Below, piece by piece: positions 1 through 10,515 of a stretch of 64,000 bases of DNA (the first letter of the stretch is position 1; each line of letters opens with the position of its first letter). Under the pieces are notes generated by a model. It searched no databases. It saw nothing but the letters and a program-made list of their open reading frames with translations, and was not told the origin of the DNA. A program made the translations under genes and the position numbers. This DNA is from an uncultured Porphyromonadaceae bacterium (lineage in GTDB: Bacteria; Bacteroidota; Bacteroidia; Bacteroidales; Muribaculaceae). The stretch covers positions 18,294-82,293 of the forward strand of contig URCF01000006.1 of NCBI GenBank assembly GCA_900546365.1, written 5' to 3'.

Positions 1-333
1 GAAGATATTGCCCGGCTTTGAGCGGAACTCATAGCTCACAGCCTGCAGCACAAAGCTGATCAATATCAGCATCCATAGCCAGTAGGCCCCGCCGAAACTC
101 GTGGAGTAGAACAGCGGAAACGAGGCGAAGAAGGCTCCGCCAAACACCACCAGGGTGGTGAACGCAAGCTCCCATTTGCGGCCAAGTGAATTGACCATCA
201 TCGACCGCTCGGTGGCATCAAGACGCTGAAGCAGCATCGATTGTCCGCCCTGCACAAACAGCAGGAACACCAGCACTGCGCCAAGCACAGCGATTAACAG
301 CCACCAATAGTTTTGAAGATATTCTAATTCCAT
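1..333 (-). CDS. cydB: Cytochrome bd ubiquinol oxidase subunit II, partial (runs off left edge)
   Basis: Manual translation from ATG at 333: MELEYLQNYWWLLIAVLGAVLVFLLFVQGGQSML...NSLGRKWELAFTTLVVFGGAFFASFPLFYSTSFGGAYW; directly downstream of cydA. Confidence 0.93.
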   Translation of the reverse strand, partial: MELEYLQNYWWLLIAVLGAVLVFLLFVQGGQSMLLQRLDATERSMMVNSLGRKWELAFTTLVVFGGAFFASFPLFYSTSFGGAYWLWMLILISFVLQAVSYEFRSKPGNIF

Positions 334-352
334 ATTTTTCTATAATTGAGGG

Positions 353-1915
353 TTATTCATCGGTGGATTTCGAGCCTTTGGATATCTGCTTGAGCATAAT
401 CCCGATCTCGGCGGCAAGGAAAGCGGTAAACACCACGGCAAACATCCAGAATGTCAACTGCACCGACCCGGCGGAGATATCGCTCACGGCAGCGGTGACC
501 GGCATGATGTCCTGAATGATCCACGGCTGACGGCCCACTTCGGCCACCACCCATCCGGCCTCGGAGCATACCCATACCAGCGGCACGCATATCATTCCGA
601 TCCACAATATCCATTTGCGGTCAAGCAGCGACGGACGCTTCACGGCTATCCAAAGCGCCAGAATCAGCACGAGCAGCAGCAGCGAGCCTATCCCCACCAT
701 GATGCGGAACGAATAGTAGGTCAATGCCACCGGAGGCACCGCCTGCGCAGGCGAGGTGAGGTAGCCGTAGCCGAAATATTTGTAATCCTCCTTCAATGCC
801 TGAGCAGCGGAGTCGGCAGCAGCCTTGTTGCCGGCGGCGGTGGCGGCATCGAACGCACGCAGACTCTCATGTGCCCGCTTGCCCATAGCTATGCGGGTGG
901 CATAGGAGTCATGGCGGATGGTGTCGCCCTGCGGGGTCAGTTCAATACCCTCTATCAGGTCGTTGATACCGGGCACAAACGCATGGGGGTTGTGGGTGGC
1001 AAGCAGCGACAACCCGTAAGGTATAGAGATGTCAAACAGATACGGCTCCTCATCATTCTCTGCTGTTTTCGCCGGATTGACAATCCCGATGGCTGAGATA
1101 GGCTGACCGCAACTGCCGTTGTACAGCCCCTCCATGGCAGCCAGCTTCATAGGCTGCACCTTGGCCACATCCACTGCCGAGCCGTCGCCAGTCCAGAGGG
1201 TCATTATCATACCCACGAGCCCCACTGTGGCTCCAACCTTGATTGATGAAAGGGCAAATTCCCGACGGCGGTTCTTGAGCAGGAACCAGCAGCTGACGCC
1301 TACCACGAACACGCCAGCGAGCACCCAGCCGCTGAACACTGCGTGGAAAAACTTGTGCATAGCCACCGGCGACAATACCACCGCCCAGAAGTCGGTCATC
1401 ACGTTGCGCATCTGCGCCGGATCAAATTCCATACCCACAGGATATTGCATCCATGCGTTGGCTATCAATATCCACAATGCCGATATCGATGCCCCGATGG
1501 CGGTGAGCCACGTGGCGGCAAGGTGGAACCCCGGGCTGACTTTCTTCCAGCCGAAGAACATCACCGCAATGAATGTGCTCTCCATAAAGAAGGCCAGCAA
1601 ACCCTCGATGGCCAGCGGTGCCCCGAATATGTCGCCCACAAACCAGGAGTAGTTGCTCCAGTTGGTGCCGAACTCAAACTCCAAAATTATACCAGTGGCC
1701 ACGCCGACGGCAAAGTTGATGCCAAACAGCAGCATCCAGAATTTTGTGAGAGAAAGCCACTTGGGGCTTTTTGTACGGTAATAGATACTCTCCATAATGC
1801 CGACTATCACGGATATACCAAGCGTGAGAGGCACAAACAGCCAGTGATACATGGCTGTGAGCGCAAACTGCCACCGGCTCCAATCGACAACGGTCATCAA
1901 GTCGTCCATAAGCAA
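353..1915 (-). CDS. cydA: Cytochrome bd ubiquinol oxidase subunit I (ATG at 1909 is a likely start)
   Basis: SRWQFALTAMYHWLFVPLTLG, EFEFGTNWS, QPMKLAAMEG and EVGRQPW motifs. Confidence 0.97.
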   Translation of the reverse strand: MLMDDLMTVVDWSRWQFALTAMYHWLFVPLTLGISVIVGIMESIYYRTKSPKWLSLTKFWMLLFGINFAVGVATGIILEFEFGTNWSNYSWFVGDIFGAPLAIEGLLAFFMESTFIAVMFFGWKKVSPGFHLAATWLTAIGASISALWILIANAWMQYPVGMEFDPAQMRNVMTDFWAVVLSPVAMHKFFHAVFSGWVLAGVFVVGVSCWFLLKNRRREFALSSIKVGATVGLVGMIMTLWTGDGSAVDVAKVQPMKLAAMEGLYNGSCGQPISAIGIVNPAKTAENDEEPYLFDISIPYGLSLLATHNPHAFVPGINDLIEGIELTPQGDTIRHDSYATRIAMGKRAHESLRAFDAATAAGNKAAADSAAQALKEDYKYFGYGYLTSPAQAVPPVALTYYSFRIMVGIGSLLLLVLILALWIAVKRPSLLDRKWILWIGMICVPLVWVCSEAGWVVAEVGRQPWIIQDIMPVTAAVSDISAGSVQLTFWMFAVVFTAFLAAEIGIMLKQISKGSKSTDE

Positions 1916-1960
1916 TAAATAGTGTGAAGTTATATTATAAATCTGTTAGTTACGAGGGAG

Positions 1961-2182
1961 TTAACGTGTGGTCAAGACAGTACGCACCGCCTGCGCACGC
2001 TGCGTATCTGTGGAATATCGTTCCTGTAAAATATCGGGGAAAAAGAACAGCCTGAACACCAACATCAGCAGCACTACCTTGATGATTATCAAAGCCCAGA
2101 GCTTGCGTCCCACCGTCATCGAGCGGAACCCTTGCACATAGAAGCGCACTATCCGTGCCGCTATGGAGTTTTTCAGGTTCAT
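1961..2182 (-). CDS. DUF4492-like small membrane protein upstream of cydAB
   Basis: RFYVQGFRSMTVGRKLWALIIIK...FFFPD pattern; usual Bacteroidales position before cydA; start trimmed to ATG 2182. Confidence 0.85.
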   Translation of the reverse strand: MNLKNSIAARIVRFYVQGFRSMTVGRKLWALIIIKVVLLMLVFRLFFFPDILQERYSTDTQRAQAVRTVLTTR

Positions 2183-2268
2183 AGAATTACAACTGCGCGA
2201 AGCTTCAAAATGTTGGCATCGCCTCAAGCTTTATATTTGCAAACTAACCACTTTTTTGTGAAACCACC

Positions 2269-2301
2269 AAAAAAAAGACTCACGGAAATCATCCGTGAGT
2301 C
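2269..2301 (-). terminator. Intrinsic terminator after tRNA-Val
   Basis: GACTCACGGA (2277-2286) / TCCGTGAGTC (2292-2301) perfect 10-bp stem followed by a T-run on the minus strand. Confidence 0.85.
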
Positions 2302-2318
2302 CACATTTTTCTACTCCG

Positions 2319-2393
2319 TGGGTGCTGAGGGATTCGAACCCCCGACCCTCTGCTTGTAAGGCAGATGCTCTGAACCAGCTGAGCTAAGCACCC
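2319..2393 (-). tRNA. tRNA-Val(TAC)
   Basis: Reverse complement GGGTGCTTAGCTCAGCTGGTTCAGAGCATCTGCCTTACAAGCAGAGGGTCGGGGGTTCGAATCCCTCAGCACCCA; cloverleaf, TAC anticodon, GTTCGAA T-loop. Confidence 0.97.
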
Positions 2394-2413
2394 GTGTTTC
2401 CGTTAAAGCGTTG

Positions 2414-2421
2414 CAAAGGTA
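2414..2421 (-). promoter_or_regulatory. Bacteroidota primary-sigma -7 box for tRNA-Val
   Basis: TACCTTTG on minus strand 20 nt upstream of the tRNA; matches TAnnTTTG. Confidence 0.7.
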
Positions 2422-2549
2422 CGCAAACTTTTTAAACCACCAAAATTTTTCCACACTTTTTTCTTTTTTTCTCTGCCAACGCAGATCAGCCCCGCCGCCC
2501 ACCGACAAATGGAGCTGCATCGCAGCGGCACAATTCCATCATGAAATTG

Positions 2550-3773
2550 TCATGGGCCGTAAACGAGGGTACAGGCTGAGTCCGGGCGCAGTATCTCGCT
2601 TGCAGCCCTTGATATATCTGCGGGTGTGATGGCGCGGTAGCGTGAGCACAGCTCATTGGGGTCTTCTCCGTGCATTTCGGCAAGCGCTATCTGCTGCGAC
2701 TTGTGGATATAGCTCAGCTGTGAGAATATATGATTGCTCTCAAACCGGTTGACGACACGCTCCAGCTCCCCGGCGGTCACTTCTTCATTCACCAATCTGT
2801 TGATCTGCCCCCACAGGGCCTCCTCGGCTTTGCCGGTAAGCTCCGGCGACGACACATTGGCGTTGAGCATCAGGAATCCGGGATCCTCACTCCCGGCTAT
2901 CGATGCATCGGCCATAATCAACCCGTCCACACCGCTCATCACCATACGGTACAATCGTGATGAATTGCCCGAAGCAAGTATGTCGGTAATCAGATCGGCG
3001 GCGATGTAATGCCCGCTGCCATATCCTCCCATCGGAAACGCTATGGTGAGTCTTGTGTGCGGCACACCGGCCTTCACCTCCTTGCGGCGCGGCGCGGTTA
3101 TCAAAGGTTCGGCACTGATTGCCGGGGTGTCAAGCCCCCGCGGCGGGATTGACCCGAACCATCGCTCGGCCAGCTCAAACACCCGCTCCGGCTCCACATT
3201 GCCGCTCACAGCCAGCACGGCATTGTTGGGCGCGTAATGGCTCAGATAGAACTCCCTTACCTGCCCGGCGGTGACGCGTTCTATATGCTCGGGACTGAGC
3301 CCTATGGTGGGCCAGCGGTAGGGGTGAACCTTGTAGAGCAGCGCCCGCAGATGATGTCCGAGGTCACCGAACGGCTGGTTGAGACACGTTTGCTTGAACT
3401 CCTCCAACACCACCGACCGCTGCACCTCGAGGGCATGGTGCGACAGGTTGAGAGCCAGCATCCTGTCGCTCTCCAGCCAGAACGGAGTAGCTACATTCGC
3501 CGCAGGCACTACGTTGTAGAACATCGTGAAATCGTTGCTCGTCCAGGCGTTGCTCCATCCGCCGGCCATCTCCAGCGGCGAATCATAGTCGGGCGCATGC
3601 TCCGAGCCACCAAACATCAGATGCTCAAAAAGATGTGCCATACCTGTGGATGCGGCATCCTCATGCCGTGCTCCCACATTGTACAGCACAGTGACACAGG
3701 CCATCGAAGTGCAAGGGTCATGCTCGGCCACCACCCGCAGCCCGTTGCCTAATGTTCTACGCTCTATACGCAT
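2550..3773 (-). CDS. M16 family (pitrilysin-like) zinc peptidase
   Basis: GMAHLFEHLMFGGS (HXXEH), NAWTSNDFTMFY, LESDRM, YAPNNAVLAVSG. Confidence 0.93.
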   Translation of the reverse strand: MRIERRTLGNGLRVVAEHDPCTSMACVTVLYNVGARHEDAASTGMAHLFEHLMFGGSEHAPDYDSPLEMAGGWSNAWTSNDFTMFYNVVPAANVATPFWLESDRMLALNLSHHALEVQRSVVLEEFKQTCLNQPFGDLGHHLRALLYKVHPYRWPTIGLSPEHIERVTAGQVREFYLSHYAPNNAVLAVSGNVEPERVFELAERWFGSIPPRGLDTPAISAEPLITAPRRKEVKAGVPHTRLTIAFPMGGYGSGHYIAADLITDILASGNSSRLYRMVMSGVDGLIMADASIAGSEDPGFLMLNANVSSPELTGKAEEALWGQINRLVNEEVTAGELERVVNRFESNHIFSQLSYIHKSQQIALAEMHGEDPNELCSRYRAITPADISRAASEILRPDSACTLVYGP

Positions 3774-4615
3774 CAGAGCACCTTCACTTCCAGCACTTTC
3801 ACATCCTCCTTGGGACGGTCGCCGCCATCGGTGGCCACTTTCTGGATGGAGTCAACCACCTCCATGCCGCCGATCACCTCGCCAAACACACTGTAGCTGC
3901 CGTCGAGGTGCGGAGTGCCGCCCACAGTGGTGTACGCCTCGCGCTGCTCGGGAGTGAACCCGAGCTGCCTGGTGGCCGCTATGGCTTCGGTTTGCTTCAC
4001 AAGCGAATCCTGAAGCTGTTGCAGCCCATCACGGTCGCGGTTGCGGCGCAGAGCCATGATGGTGTCGCGCTGTCCGGCAGCCAGGGAGTCGAATATCTGC
4101 TGCATCTGCTGATGTTTGAGCCTGAGCTCCATCTGGTCAAGCTGACCGGGGGTATAAACCTTGCCGGTGACAATATAGAACTGCGAGCCAGACGAAGCCT
4201 TTTCGGGGTTCACATTGTCGCCCTGACGGGCAGCGGCGAGAGCGCCGCGCTTGTGGAAATATTTGGGATAAACAAATTCAGCAGGCACAGTGTAGTCAGG
4301 GTCGCCCATCCCCAGCGGCTGGCCGGGCTTGGCATTGCGGCTGTCGGGGTCGCCGCCCTGGATCATGAAGTCGCGAATCACGCGGTGAAACAGCGTGCCG
4401 TCATAATACCCCTCCTTGGCCAGCTTGAGAAAATTGGCGGTGTGCTTGGGGGTGTCGTCATACAGGCGGATTGTTATATCGCCCAGCGTAGTGCGCATGA
4501 GCACTGTGGCGGAAGTCGGTTGGGTCATTTTTTTTGATTTTTGTCCTGACCTTGCCGCAGTGAGCGCTCCGGCACACAGCAACAGGGCCAATAAATGGAT
4601 TAAAGTGCGCGTCAT
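3773..4615 (-). CDS. Cyclophilin-type peptidyl-prolyl isomerase with signal peptide
   Basis: YYDGTLFHRVIRDFMIQGGDP, SSGSQFYIV, PHLDGSYSVFGEV. Confidence 0.95.
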   Translation of the reverse strand: MTRTLIHLLALLLCAGALTAARSGQKSKKMTQPTSATVLMRTTLGDITIRLYDDTPKHTANFLKLAKEGYYDGTLFHRVIRDFMIQGGDPDSRNAKPGQPLGMGDPDYTVPAEFVYPKYFHKRGALAAARQGDNVNPEKASSGSQFYIVTGKVYTPGQLDQMELRLKHQQMQQIFDSLAAGQRDTIMALRRNRDRDGLQQLQDSLVKQTEAIAATRQLGFTPEQREAYTTVGGTPHLDGSYSVFGEVIGGMEVVDSIQKVATDGGDRPKEDVKVLEVKVL

Positions 4616-4617
4616 TG

Positions 4618-4992
4618 TCAGATACCAACAGGATGAATACGCTTGTATATGCGGCGGAAATTGTCGCTCGCAGCGTTCAGCTCCTCAACATGCTCCATGT
4701 AGTCGGCACCCCAGAGAGCGGGAAGCAGGTCGCCGATATAGCGGTGCTCACGGTCCTTTTCTATGGCCGCGCCCACAAGGCGGGATATATCACCGGCATA
4801 AGCCACGGCATCTATGGCATTGAGATAGCGGGCGGCGCTGGCCGAGAACTGGCCGGTGGAGTCCACCACTATCATGTTGTCCACCAGCTCCTCCATAATG
4901 TCGCCGCAGTCGGCTATATGATTGGCTATGTACTCGTATGTAAGCAGTCCGTCGGGATCTTTGGAAAGCTGCTTTTTCAATTGTTCGTCCAT
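4618..4992 (-). CDS. Hypothetical protein (124 aa, helical)
   Basis: ATG-start ORF filling the gap in a co-directional gene run; no recognised motif. Confidence 0.75.
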   Translation of the reverse strand: MDEQLKKQLSKDPDGLLTYEYIANHIADCGDIMEELVDNMIVVDSTGQFSASAARYLNAIDAVAYAGDISRLVGAAIEKDREHRYIGDLLPALWGADYMEHVEELNAASDNFRRIYKRIHPVGI

Positions 4993-5021
4993 TGCAAAAT
5001 ATTTGGCTACTACAATTCTTT

Positions 5022-5648
5022 TTATGGTATTATCTCATTGTCGGCAGGCAGGAGCGAGAGTCCGTCCACATCGTCCAGCTTCCGCCTCAACGCCTCGGCA
5101 TGGTCGGCGCGGATGCGCAGAGCGATGGTGCAAGTGTTGTCAAACACCTGCTCCACCACCTTCACCTCCGGATCCTTGGCCACACGCATCACATCGTTGA
5201 TGGCCATGTAGGGGAAGGTGGCGCGGACAATCGTGGTTTCATACCTCACCACCACCTCACCGGCCTCTATGGCGGCAAGGGCAGCGGCACGGTAGGCGGC
5301 TATCAGCCCCGAAGTGCCGAGCTTGATACCCCCGAAATAGCGCACCACCGCTATCAGCATGTACGACAGCTGCTGCGACCGTATCTGGCCGAGGATAGGC
5401 TTGCCGGCTGTGCCCGAGGGCTCACCGTTGTCGCTGCTCTGATATTCGGCACCGTCAGCACCGAGCGAATAGGCCCAGCACACATGCCTGGCATCATGAT
5501 ACTCGCGGGTTATACGTGCCAGTTCAGCCCTGGCCTCCTCCACCGTCCTCACCGGGACGGCGAAAGCCAGAAAGCGGCTCATCTTCTCACGCACCACGGC
5601 CTCGGCCGGGGCTGAAAGAGTGCGGTATTCACTCACTGCGGATGCCAT
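5022..5648 (-). CDS. YigZ/IMPACT family protein
   Basis: SRFLAFA, HDARHVCWAY, SSDNGEPSGTAGKPIL, VVRYFGGIKLGTSGLI. Confidence 0.93.
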   Translation of the reverse strand: MASAVSEYRTLSAPAEAVVREKMSRFLAFAVPVRTVEEARAELARITREYHDARHVCWAYSLGADGAEYQSSDNGEPSGTAGKPILGQIRSQQLSYMLIAVVRYFGGIKLGTSGLIAAYRAAALAAIEAGEVVVRYETTIVRATFPYMAINDVMRVAKDPEVKVVEQVFDNTCTIALRIRADHAEALRRKLDDVDGLSLLPADNEIIP

Positions 5649-5669
5649 GCGGTATTTGCCGGAGGGGGA

Positions 5670-6719
5670 TTAAAGTATCAGCATCGCGTCGCCGTAGGCT
5701 CCGAACTGATATTTCTCTTTCACAGCCTCCTCATAGGCACGCATCACGAAGTCATACCCTCCGAATGCGGCCACCATCATCAGCATGGTGGAGTATGGCA
5801 GATGGAAGTTGCTCACCAGCGCATCGGTGACATTGAAATCGTAGGGCGGGAAGATGAACTTGTTGGTCCATCCGGCATATGTTTTCATATGGCCGCCCAT
5901 GCTCACGGCACTCGCTATGCCGCGGAGCACGGATGTGCCCACGGCACACACGCGGTGATTGGCATCCTTCACACCGTTCACCAGATCCACAAGCACCTGT
6001 GTCACCTCCATCTCCTCCGAGTCCATGCGGTGCTTGGTGAGGTCCTCCACATCTATCTCGCGGAAGTTGCCAAGACCGGAATGGACGGTCAGGAAAGCCT
6101 GGTTGATACCTTTGATTTCCATGCGCTTCAGCAGCTCGCGGCTGAAATGCATCCCGGCGGCGGGAGCCACCACCGCACCCTCGCGCTCGGCAAAGATGGT
6201 TTGGTAGCGTTCGGCATCCTCAGGCTCCGGCTCGCGCCTGATGTAGGCGGGTAGCGGAGTTTCGCCAAGGCGGAACAAAGCCTGCTTGAACTCCTCGTGC
6301 GACCCATCGTAGAGGAACCGCAATGTGCGGCCACGCGAGGTGGTGTTGTCAATCACCTCGGCCACCATCGACTCATCGTCGCCGAAATACAGCTTGTTGC
6401 CGATACGGATTTTGCGGGCCGGCTCCACGAGCACATCCCAAAGTTTGTTCTCAGCATTCAGCTCACGCAGCAGGAACACCTCGATGCGTGCGCCGGTTTT
6501 CTCCTTGTTGCCGAACAAGCGGGCCGGGAACACTTTTGTGTCATTGAACACAAAAATATCGCCGTCGGAGAAAAAGTTGATGATATCCTTGAACACCCGA
6601 TGCTCTATCTCGCCGGTGGCGCGGTGAAGCACCATCATCCGCGCTTCGTCGCGCTGTGCCGACGGATGCTGCGCTATCAGCTCCTCGGGCAAACGGAATT
6701 TGAATTGTGACAGTTTCAT
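5670..6719 (-). CDS. queA: S-adenosylmethionine:tRNA ribosyltransferase-isomerase
   Basis: [53 protein letters not shown]; start trimmed to 6719. Confidence 0.96.
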   Translation of the reverse strand: MKLSQFKFRLPEELIAQHPSAQRDEARMMVLHRATGEIEHRVFKDIINFFSDGDIFVFNDTKVFPARLFGNKEKTGARIEVFLLRELNAENKLWDVLVEPARKIRIGNKLYFGDDESMVAEVIDNTTSRGRTLRFLYDGSHEEFKQALFRLGETPLPAYIRREPEPEDAERYQTIFAEREGAVVAPAAGMHFSRELLKRMEIKGINQAFLTVHSGLGNFREIDVEDLTKHRMDSEEMEVTQVLVDLVNGVKDANHRVCAVGTSVLRGIASAVSMGGHMKTYAGWTNKFIFPPYDFNVTDALVSNFHLPYSTMLMMVAAFGGYDFVMRAYEEAVKEKYQFGAYGDAMLIL

Positions 6720-6738
6720 ACTGTTGCTATAGTAGTAG

Positions 6739-7479
6739 TTAGTTTGATTCGTTAAGTTGTTTGGGGGTGGGTTCATACCAGTCGGGGTAGCTCACAGGCA
6801 CTTCGCGCAGCAGCTCCACCATCTGGTCAACACTCATGCACTGCGCTTCGTTCACATCCCCCACCCTTGTGCGACGCAGCGCCGTAAGATGGGCTCCCGA
6901 ACCGAGTGCCTGCCCGATATCGCGGGCGAGTGCGCGTATATAGGTGCCTTTGCTACACACCACACGCACCGTGATGCTCTGCTGCGAATATTCCAGCAGC
7001 TCTATTTCGTCGATGGTGAGAGTTTTGGCTTTCAGCTCCACCTCCTTGCCGCTGCGGGCCATCTTGTAGGCGCGATGGCCGTCCACCTTGCAGGCCGAAT
7101 ACGACGGTGGCACCTGCTCTATCGAGCCGTGAAACTGTGTGAGCACCTCCTCCACCAGCCCGCGGGTGATATGCCCGGTGGGATAGGTGGCATCCACCTC
7201 GGTTTCGAGGTCGTAGCTCGGCGTGGTGGCGCCCAGAGCCATGGTGGCCACATACTCCTTCACTCCGGCCTGCAGCTCCTCGATGCGCTTTGTGGCGCGG
7301 CCTGTGGTGACTATCATCACCCCGGTGGCCAGCGGGTCGAGCGTGCCGGCATGTCCCACCTTAAGCTTCTTCATCTTGAGGCGGCGCAACAGTGTGCCCC
7401 GCACACGCTTCACCACATCAAACGAGGTCCAGCCCAGCGGCTTGTCAAGATACAATATCTCTCCGGAAAGAAAATCCAT
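6739..7479 (-). CDS. truB: tRNA pseudouridine(55) synthase
   Basis: [41 protein letters not shown]. Confidence 0.97.
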   Translation of the reverse strand: MDFLSGEILYLDKPLGWTSFDVVKRVRGTLLRRLKMKKLKVGHAGTLDPLATGVMIVTTGRATKRIEELQAGVKEYVATMALGATTPSYDLETEVDATYPTGHITRGLVEEVLTQFHGSIEQVPPSYSACKVDGHRAYKMARSGKEVELKAKTLTIDEIELLEYSQQSITVRVVCSKGTYIRALARDIGQALGSGAHLTALRRTRVGDVNEAQCMSVDQMVELLREVPVSYPDWYEPTPKQLNESN

Positions 7480-7482
7480 ACC

Positions 7483-8319
7483 CTACCAGACCAGACATAC
7501 AGCACCAGCTATGGCGCAATATACTGCAAACCACACCAGTTTGCCTTTCTTCACGAGCTCTATCATCCATTTGCAGGCCACGCATCCCACCACAAAGGCA
7601 GCGATGAACCCCACCACTATCGGCATCATCTCCACGCCGCCGGATTCAGCTGCTCCGCTCTTGCCGAGCATCTTCACCACATCCAGCATTGCCTCGCCGA
7701 GAATAGGGATAATGACCATGAAGAATGAGAACTGGGCCAGCTTGTCGCGGCGGTCGCCGAGCAGCAAACCTGTGGCTATGGTGCTTCCGGAACGGCTCAG
7801 ACCCGGTAGCACGGCCACCGCCTGGGCACATCCTATCACAAAAGCATCCATCCACCCGATCTCGCGGTGGCCGAAATCGCTTCCCGACACCTTATCCCCG
7901 GCCATCTCATGCCTGCGGAAAAAGTAGGCAAACGCCAAAAGGGCGGCAGTGACAAGCAGACACACGCCCACCACTCCGAGACCGGAGCCGAAAAATCCTT
8001 CCACCACATCTTTGAAGCAGAGGCCCACTATGGCCACCGGGATGCACGACACAAGTATCTTGCACACATAATAGAATTTATCATCCCGGGCTACAGTGAA
8101 AAACGAGCGACACAGCGGCAGGAACTCTTTCCACAGCACCACGATGGTGCTCAGCACAGTGGCCACGTGCAGCGCCACATCAAACTCCAGCGCATCGGCG
8201 CCGTTGAGCTCCAGTCCCAGAATTTCGCGGCATATCTCAAGATGGCCGCTTGAGCTTATGGGCAGATACTCGGCCAGTCCTTGCACAATGCCCATTATAA
8301 GTGCGTCAATCCAATCCAT
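7483..8319 (-). CDS. uppP: Undecaprenyl-diphosphate phosphatase
   Basis: GIVQGLAEYLPISSSGH and PGLSRSGST motifs. Confidence 0.96.
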   Translation of the reverse strand: MDWIDALIMGIVQGLAEYLPISSSGHLEICREILGLELNGADALEFDVALHVATVLSTIVVLWKEFLPLCRSFFTVARDDKFYYVCKILVSCIPVAIVGLCFKDVVEGFFGSGLGVVGVCLLVTAALLAFAYFFRRHEMAGDKVSGSDFGHREIGWMDAFVIGCAQAVAVLPGLSRSGSTIATGLLLGDRRDKLAQFSFFMVIIPILGEAMLDVVKMLGKSGAAESGGVEMMPIVVGFIAAFVVGCVACKWMIELVKKGKLVWFAVYCAIAGAVCLVW

Positions 8320-8324
8320 CGCCC

Positions 8325-8651
8325 TTATGCTTTGTCGTTACTGCATCCGGAGTCGTCGCTCTGCTTGCCGCCATTGCTCTTGGCGGGCCACATTATGCCT
8401 ACTCCCATGAATATGAACCCGAGAAACGCCACTGTGGGTCCCACCACTATGCGTCGGGTTGAAAAGATGTCGGGATTGAACGCTGTGTCGGTGGAGCCGG
8501 GACCGCACATCAGCAGAAATCCGATCACAATCACGGCTGCGGCTGCGGCCATGAGGATGAAATTGATGCGCATCAGCGGCTTCTGGTCGTCCCGCTCCCG
8601 CTCAAGACGGTCGGCTGGACTTTTCTTAGTGGTTAATGGTTTCTTTGCCAT
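8325..8651 (-). CDS. DUF3098-like membrane protein
   Basis: Two TM helices, FNPDIFSTRRIVVGP; usual position between ftsX and uppP in Bacteroidota. Confidence 0.85.
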   Translation of the reverse strand: MAKKPLTTKKSPADRLERERDDQKPLMRINFILMAAAAAVIVIGFLLMCGPGSTDTAFNPDIFSTRRIVVGPTVAFLGFIFMGVGIMWPAKSNGGKQSDDSGCSNDKA

Positions 8652-8693
8652 AGATTCTTTAATATATATGAGGAGATTACTATTCTGTTTTTT

Positions 8694-9587
8694 TCACTTA
8701 AACAAATCGTCATATCCCAGCTTGAGATACTTGTTGGTGGCCAACAGCGCGGCTCCTGTGCAGAGCAGTATGCCGCATATCCACACCCCGCCGAGCACCC
8801 ACGCGGCCTGCCACAGCGGCACAGCGGTGCCCACCATCGGCATCAGGTCCTGCAGATACCACAGCACCCCGCACAGCACACACACGGCCAGGCCTCCGGC
8901 TATCGCACCATGTACCAGGGCATCCACCACAAACGGCCGGCGGATGAATCCTGCGGTGGCCCCCACCAGCTTCATGGTGTTGATCACAAACCGCCGGGAA
9001 TAAACGCTCAACCGCACTGTGTTGTTAATCAACGCCAACGATATGAGCAGCAGCACAGCCCCGACAATCAGCAATGCCATGGTCATGGCATGGGTCACGG
9101 TGTTGACATTATCTATCATCTCGGTGTGCAGGGTGATGTCGCTCACTTCCGCACTCTCCATCAGCCCTGCGGTGATAGCCTCAAGGGAGTCCACCACGGC
9201 CCACGGCTCATGTACCGCCACCTCTATTTCCGGCAGGAAAGGGTTCACATCCGGCAGCGGTGTGTTGTCACCCACCATCGTCTGCCACCGCTCCATCACC
9301 TGGTCGGCACTCACAAGTCCCACCTTCAAGGCGTAGGGCTCGGCGGCGACAGCCTTGACAAGCGAATCGGCCTGCTGCGGCGTAACATTCTCATTGAGAA
9401 TAGCCACAAATCCCGCCTGCTCATGTATGTCACGGCTGATATTCCGTCCGGCCACCACCGTCAGGGCCACAAGACCCAGCACAAGGAGCATCAGTGTCAC
9501 ACTCACGGTCAATGTGACCCGCATCCGAAACCTCGAGCCGCCACAGCGGCGCTGCATATTGTTACTCATAAGCTGTTGAATGGGCAT
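8694..9587 (-). CDS. ftsX: Cell division permease FtsX
   Basis: LINNTVRLSVYSRRFVINTMKLVGATAGFIRRPF; start trimmed to 9587, downstream of a TATTTTTG box at 9607-9614. Confidence 0.9.
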   Translation of the reverse strand: MPIQQLMSNNMQRRCGGSRFRMRVTLTVSVTLMLLVLGLVALTVVAGRNISRDIHEQAGFVAILNENVTPQQADSLVKAVAAEPYALKVGLVSADQVMERWQTMVGDNTPLPDVNPFLPEIEVAVHEPWAVVDSLEAITAGLMESAEVSDITLHTEMIDNVNTVTHAMTMALLIVGAVLLLISLALINNTVRLSVYSRRFVINTMKLVGATAGFIRRPFVVDALVHGAIAGGLAVCVLCGVLWYLQDLMPMVGTAVPLWQAAWVLGGVWICGILLCTGAALLATNKYLKLGYDDLFK

Positions 9588-9709
9588 AGAAGCCCAAAAT
9601 TTCGTGCAAAAATAATAAATCAACACTCCCCTTGCCAAGAAAAAAACACAAAACTTTCCTAACGCAAAAAATTTCACCGCTTGCAATTGCACAATCCAAA
9701 CATTATGAG

Positions 9710-9717
9710 TACCTTTG
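9710..9717 (+). promoter_or_regulatory. -7 promoter box for rplU-rpmA
   Basis: TACCTTTG matches TAnnTTTG, about 95 nt upstream of rplU. Confidence 0.7.
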
Positions 9718-9811
9718 TGCGCAATTTTTCCGCACCGGGCTTGACGAAAGAGAGTGACCGCTGTTTTTGGACACTCCGCCCGACGGGTTAACCATTCAAT
9801 CGTATCATTAA

Positions 9812-10132
9812 ATGTACGCAATTGTAGAAATTCAAGGACAGCAGTTCAAGGCCGAAGCCAACAAGTTCTTGTATGTTCATTATCTCGGCGATGCCACCAA
9901 AGAAGGAGACAAGGTGGAATTTGACCGCGTGCTCCTCGCTGAAGCCGACGGCACTGTGAAAGTGGGTGCTCCCACAGTGGAAGGTGCCAAAGTAGTGTGT
10001 GAAGTGCTCACCCCCCTCGTGAAGGGTGACAAGGTTATCGTTTTCAAGAAAAAACGCCGCAAAGGCTATCGTCGCAAAAACGGTCACCGTCAGTGCTTCT
10101 CCAAAGTGTTAATTAAAGAAGTAGTTGCTTAA
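9812..10132 (+). CDS. rplU: 50S ribosomal protein L21
   Basis: [13 protein letters not shown]...[21 protein letters not shown]. Confidence 0.98.
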   Translation: MYAIVEIQGQQFKAEANKFLYVHYLGDATKEGDKVEFDRVLLAEADGTVKVGAPTVEGAKVVCEVLTPLVKGDKVIVFKKKRRKGYRRKNGHRQCFSKVLIKEVVA

Positions 10133-10151
10133 CCCCTAAAATCTTACAACA

Positions 10152-10412
10152 ATGGCACATAAAAAAGGTGTAGGTAGTTCTAAGAACGGTCGTGAATCAG
10201 AAAGCAAACGACTTGGCGTGAAGATTTTCGGTGGTCAGAAATGCAAAGCCGGCAACATCATCAAGCGCCAGCGTGGCACAGTGCACCATCCCGGTGAGAA
10301 CGTAGGTCTGGGCAAAGACCACACCATTTACGCTCTCGTTGACGGCACAGTGCTCTTCACCGAAGGCAAAAACGGCCGCAAGTACATCAACGTGACCCCC
10401 GCAGAGGCTTAA
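10152..10412 (+). CDS. rpmA: 50S ribosomal protein L27
   Basis: [24 protein letters not shown]. Confidence 0.98.
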   Translation: MAHKKGVGSSKNGRESESKRLGVKIFGGQKCKAGNIIKRQRGTVHHPGENVGLGKDHTIYALVDGTVLFTEGKNGRKYINVTPAEA

Positions 10413-10442
10413 ACCTCCGGTCACTGACACAACATTAACGCT

Positions 10443-10475
10443 CAACAGCCCGGAACTCCGGGCTGTTGCTTTTTT
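10443..10475 (+). terminator. Intrinsic terminator after rpmA
   Basis: CAACAGCCCGGA / TCCGGGCTGTTG stem then CTTTTTT. Confidence 0.9.
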
Positions 10476-10515
10476 ATCATACGACTTATAGAATTATCGG
10501 AATTACCACCCCACC

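Noticed and set aside
2256..2273. Rex operator upstream of cydAB (TTGTGAA)
   Set aside because: Only a half-site is present; the second arm does not match.
2319..2393. tRNA-Val as an integration site
   Set aside because: No duplicated tRNA 3' end or integrase seen; the flanks are housekeeping genes.
8694..9587. ftsX without adjacent ftsE
   Set aside because: The ftsX-DUF3098-uppP-truB arrangement is ordinary for Bacteroidota.
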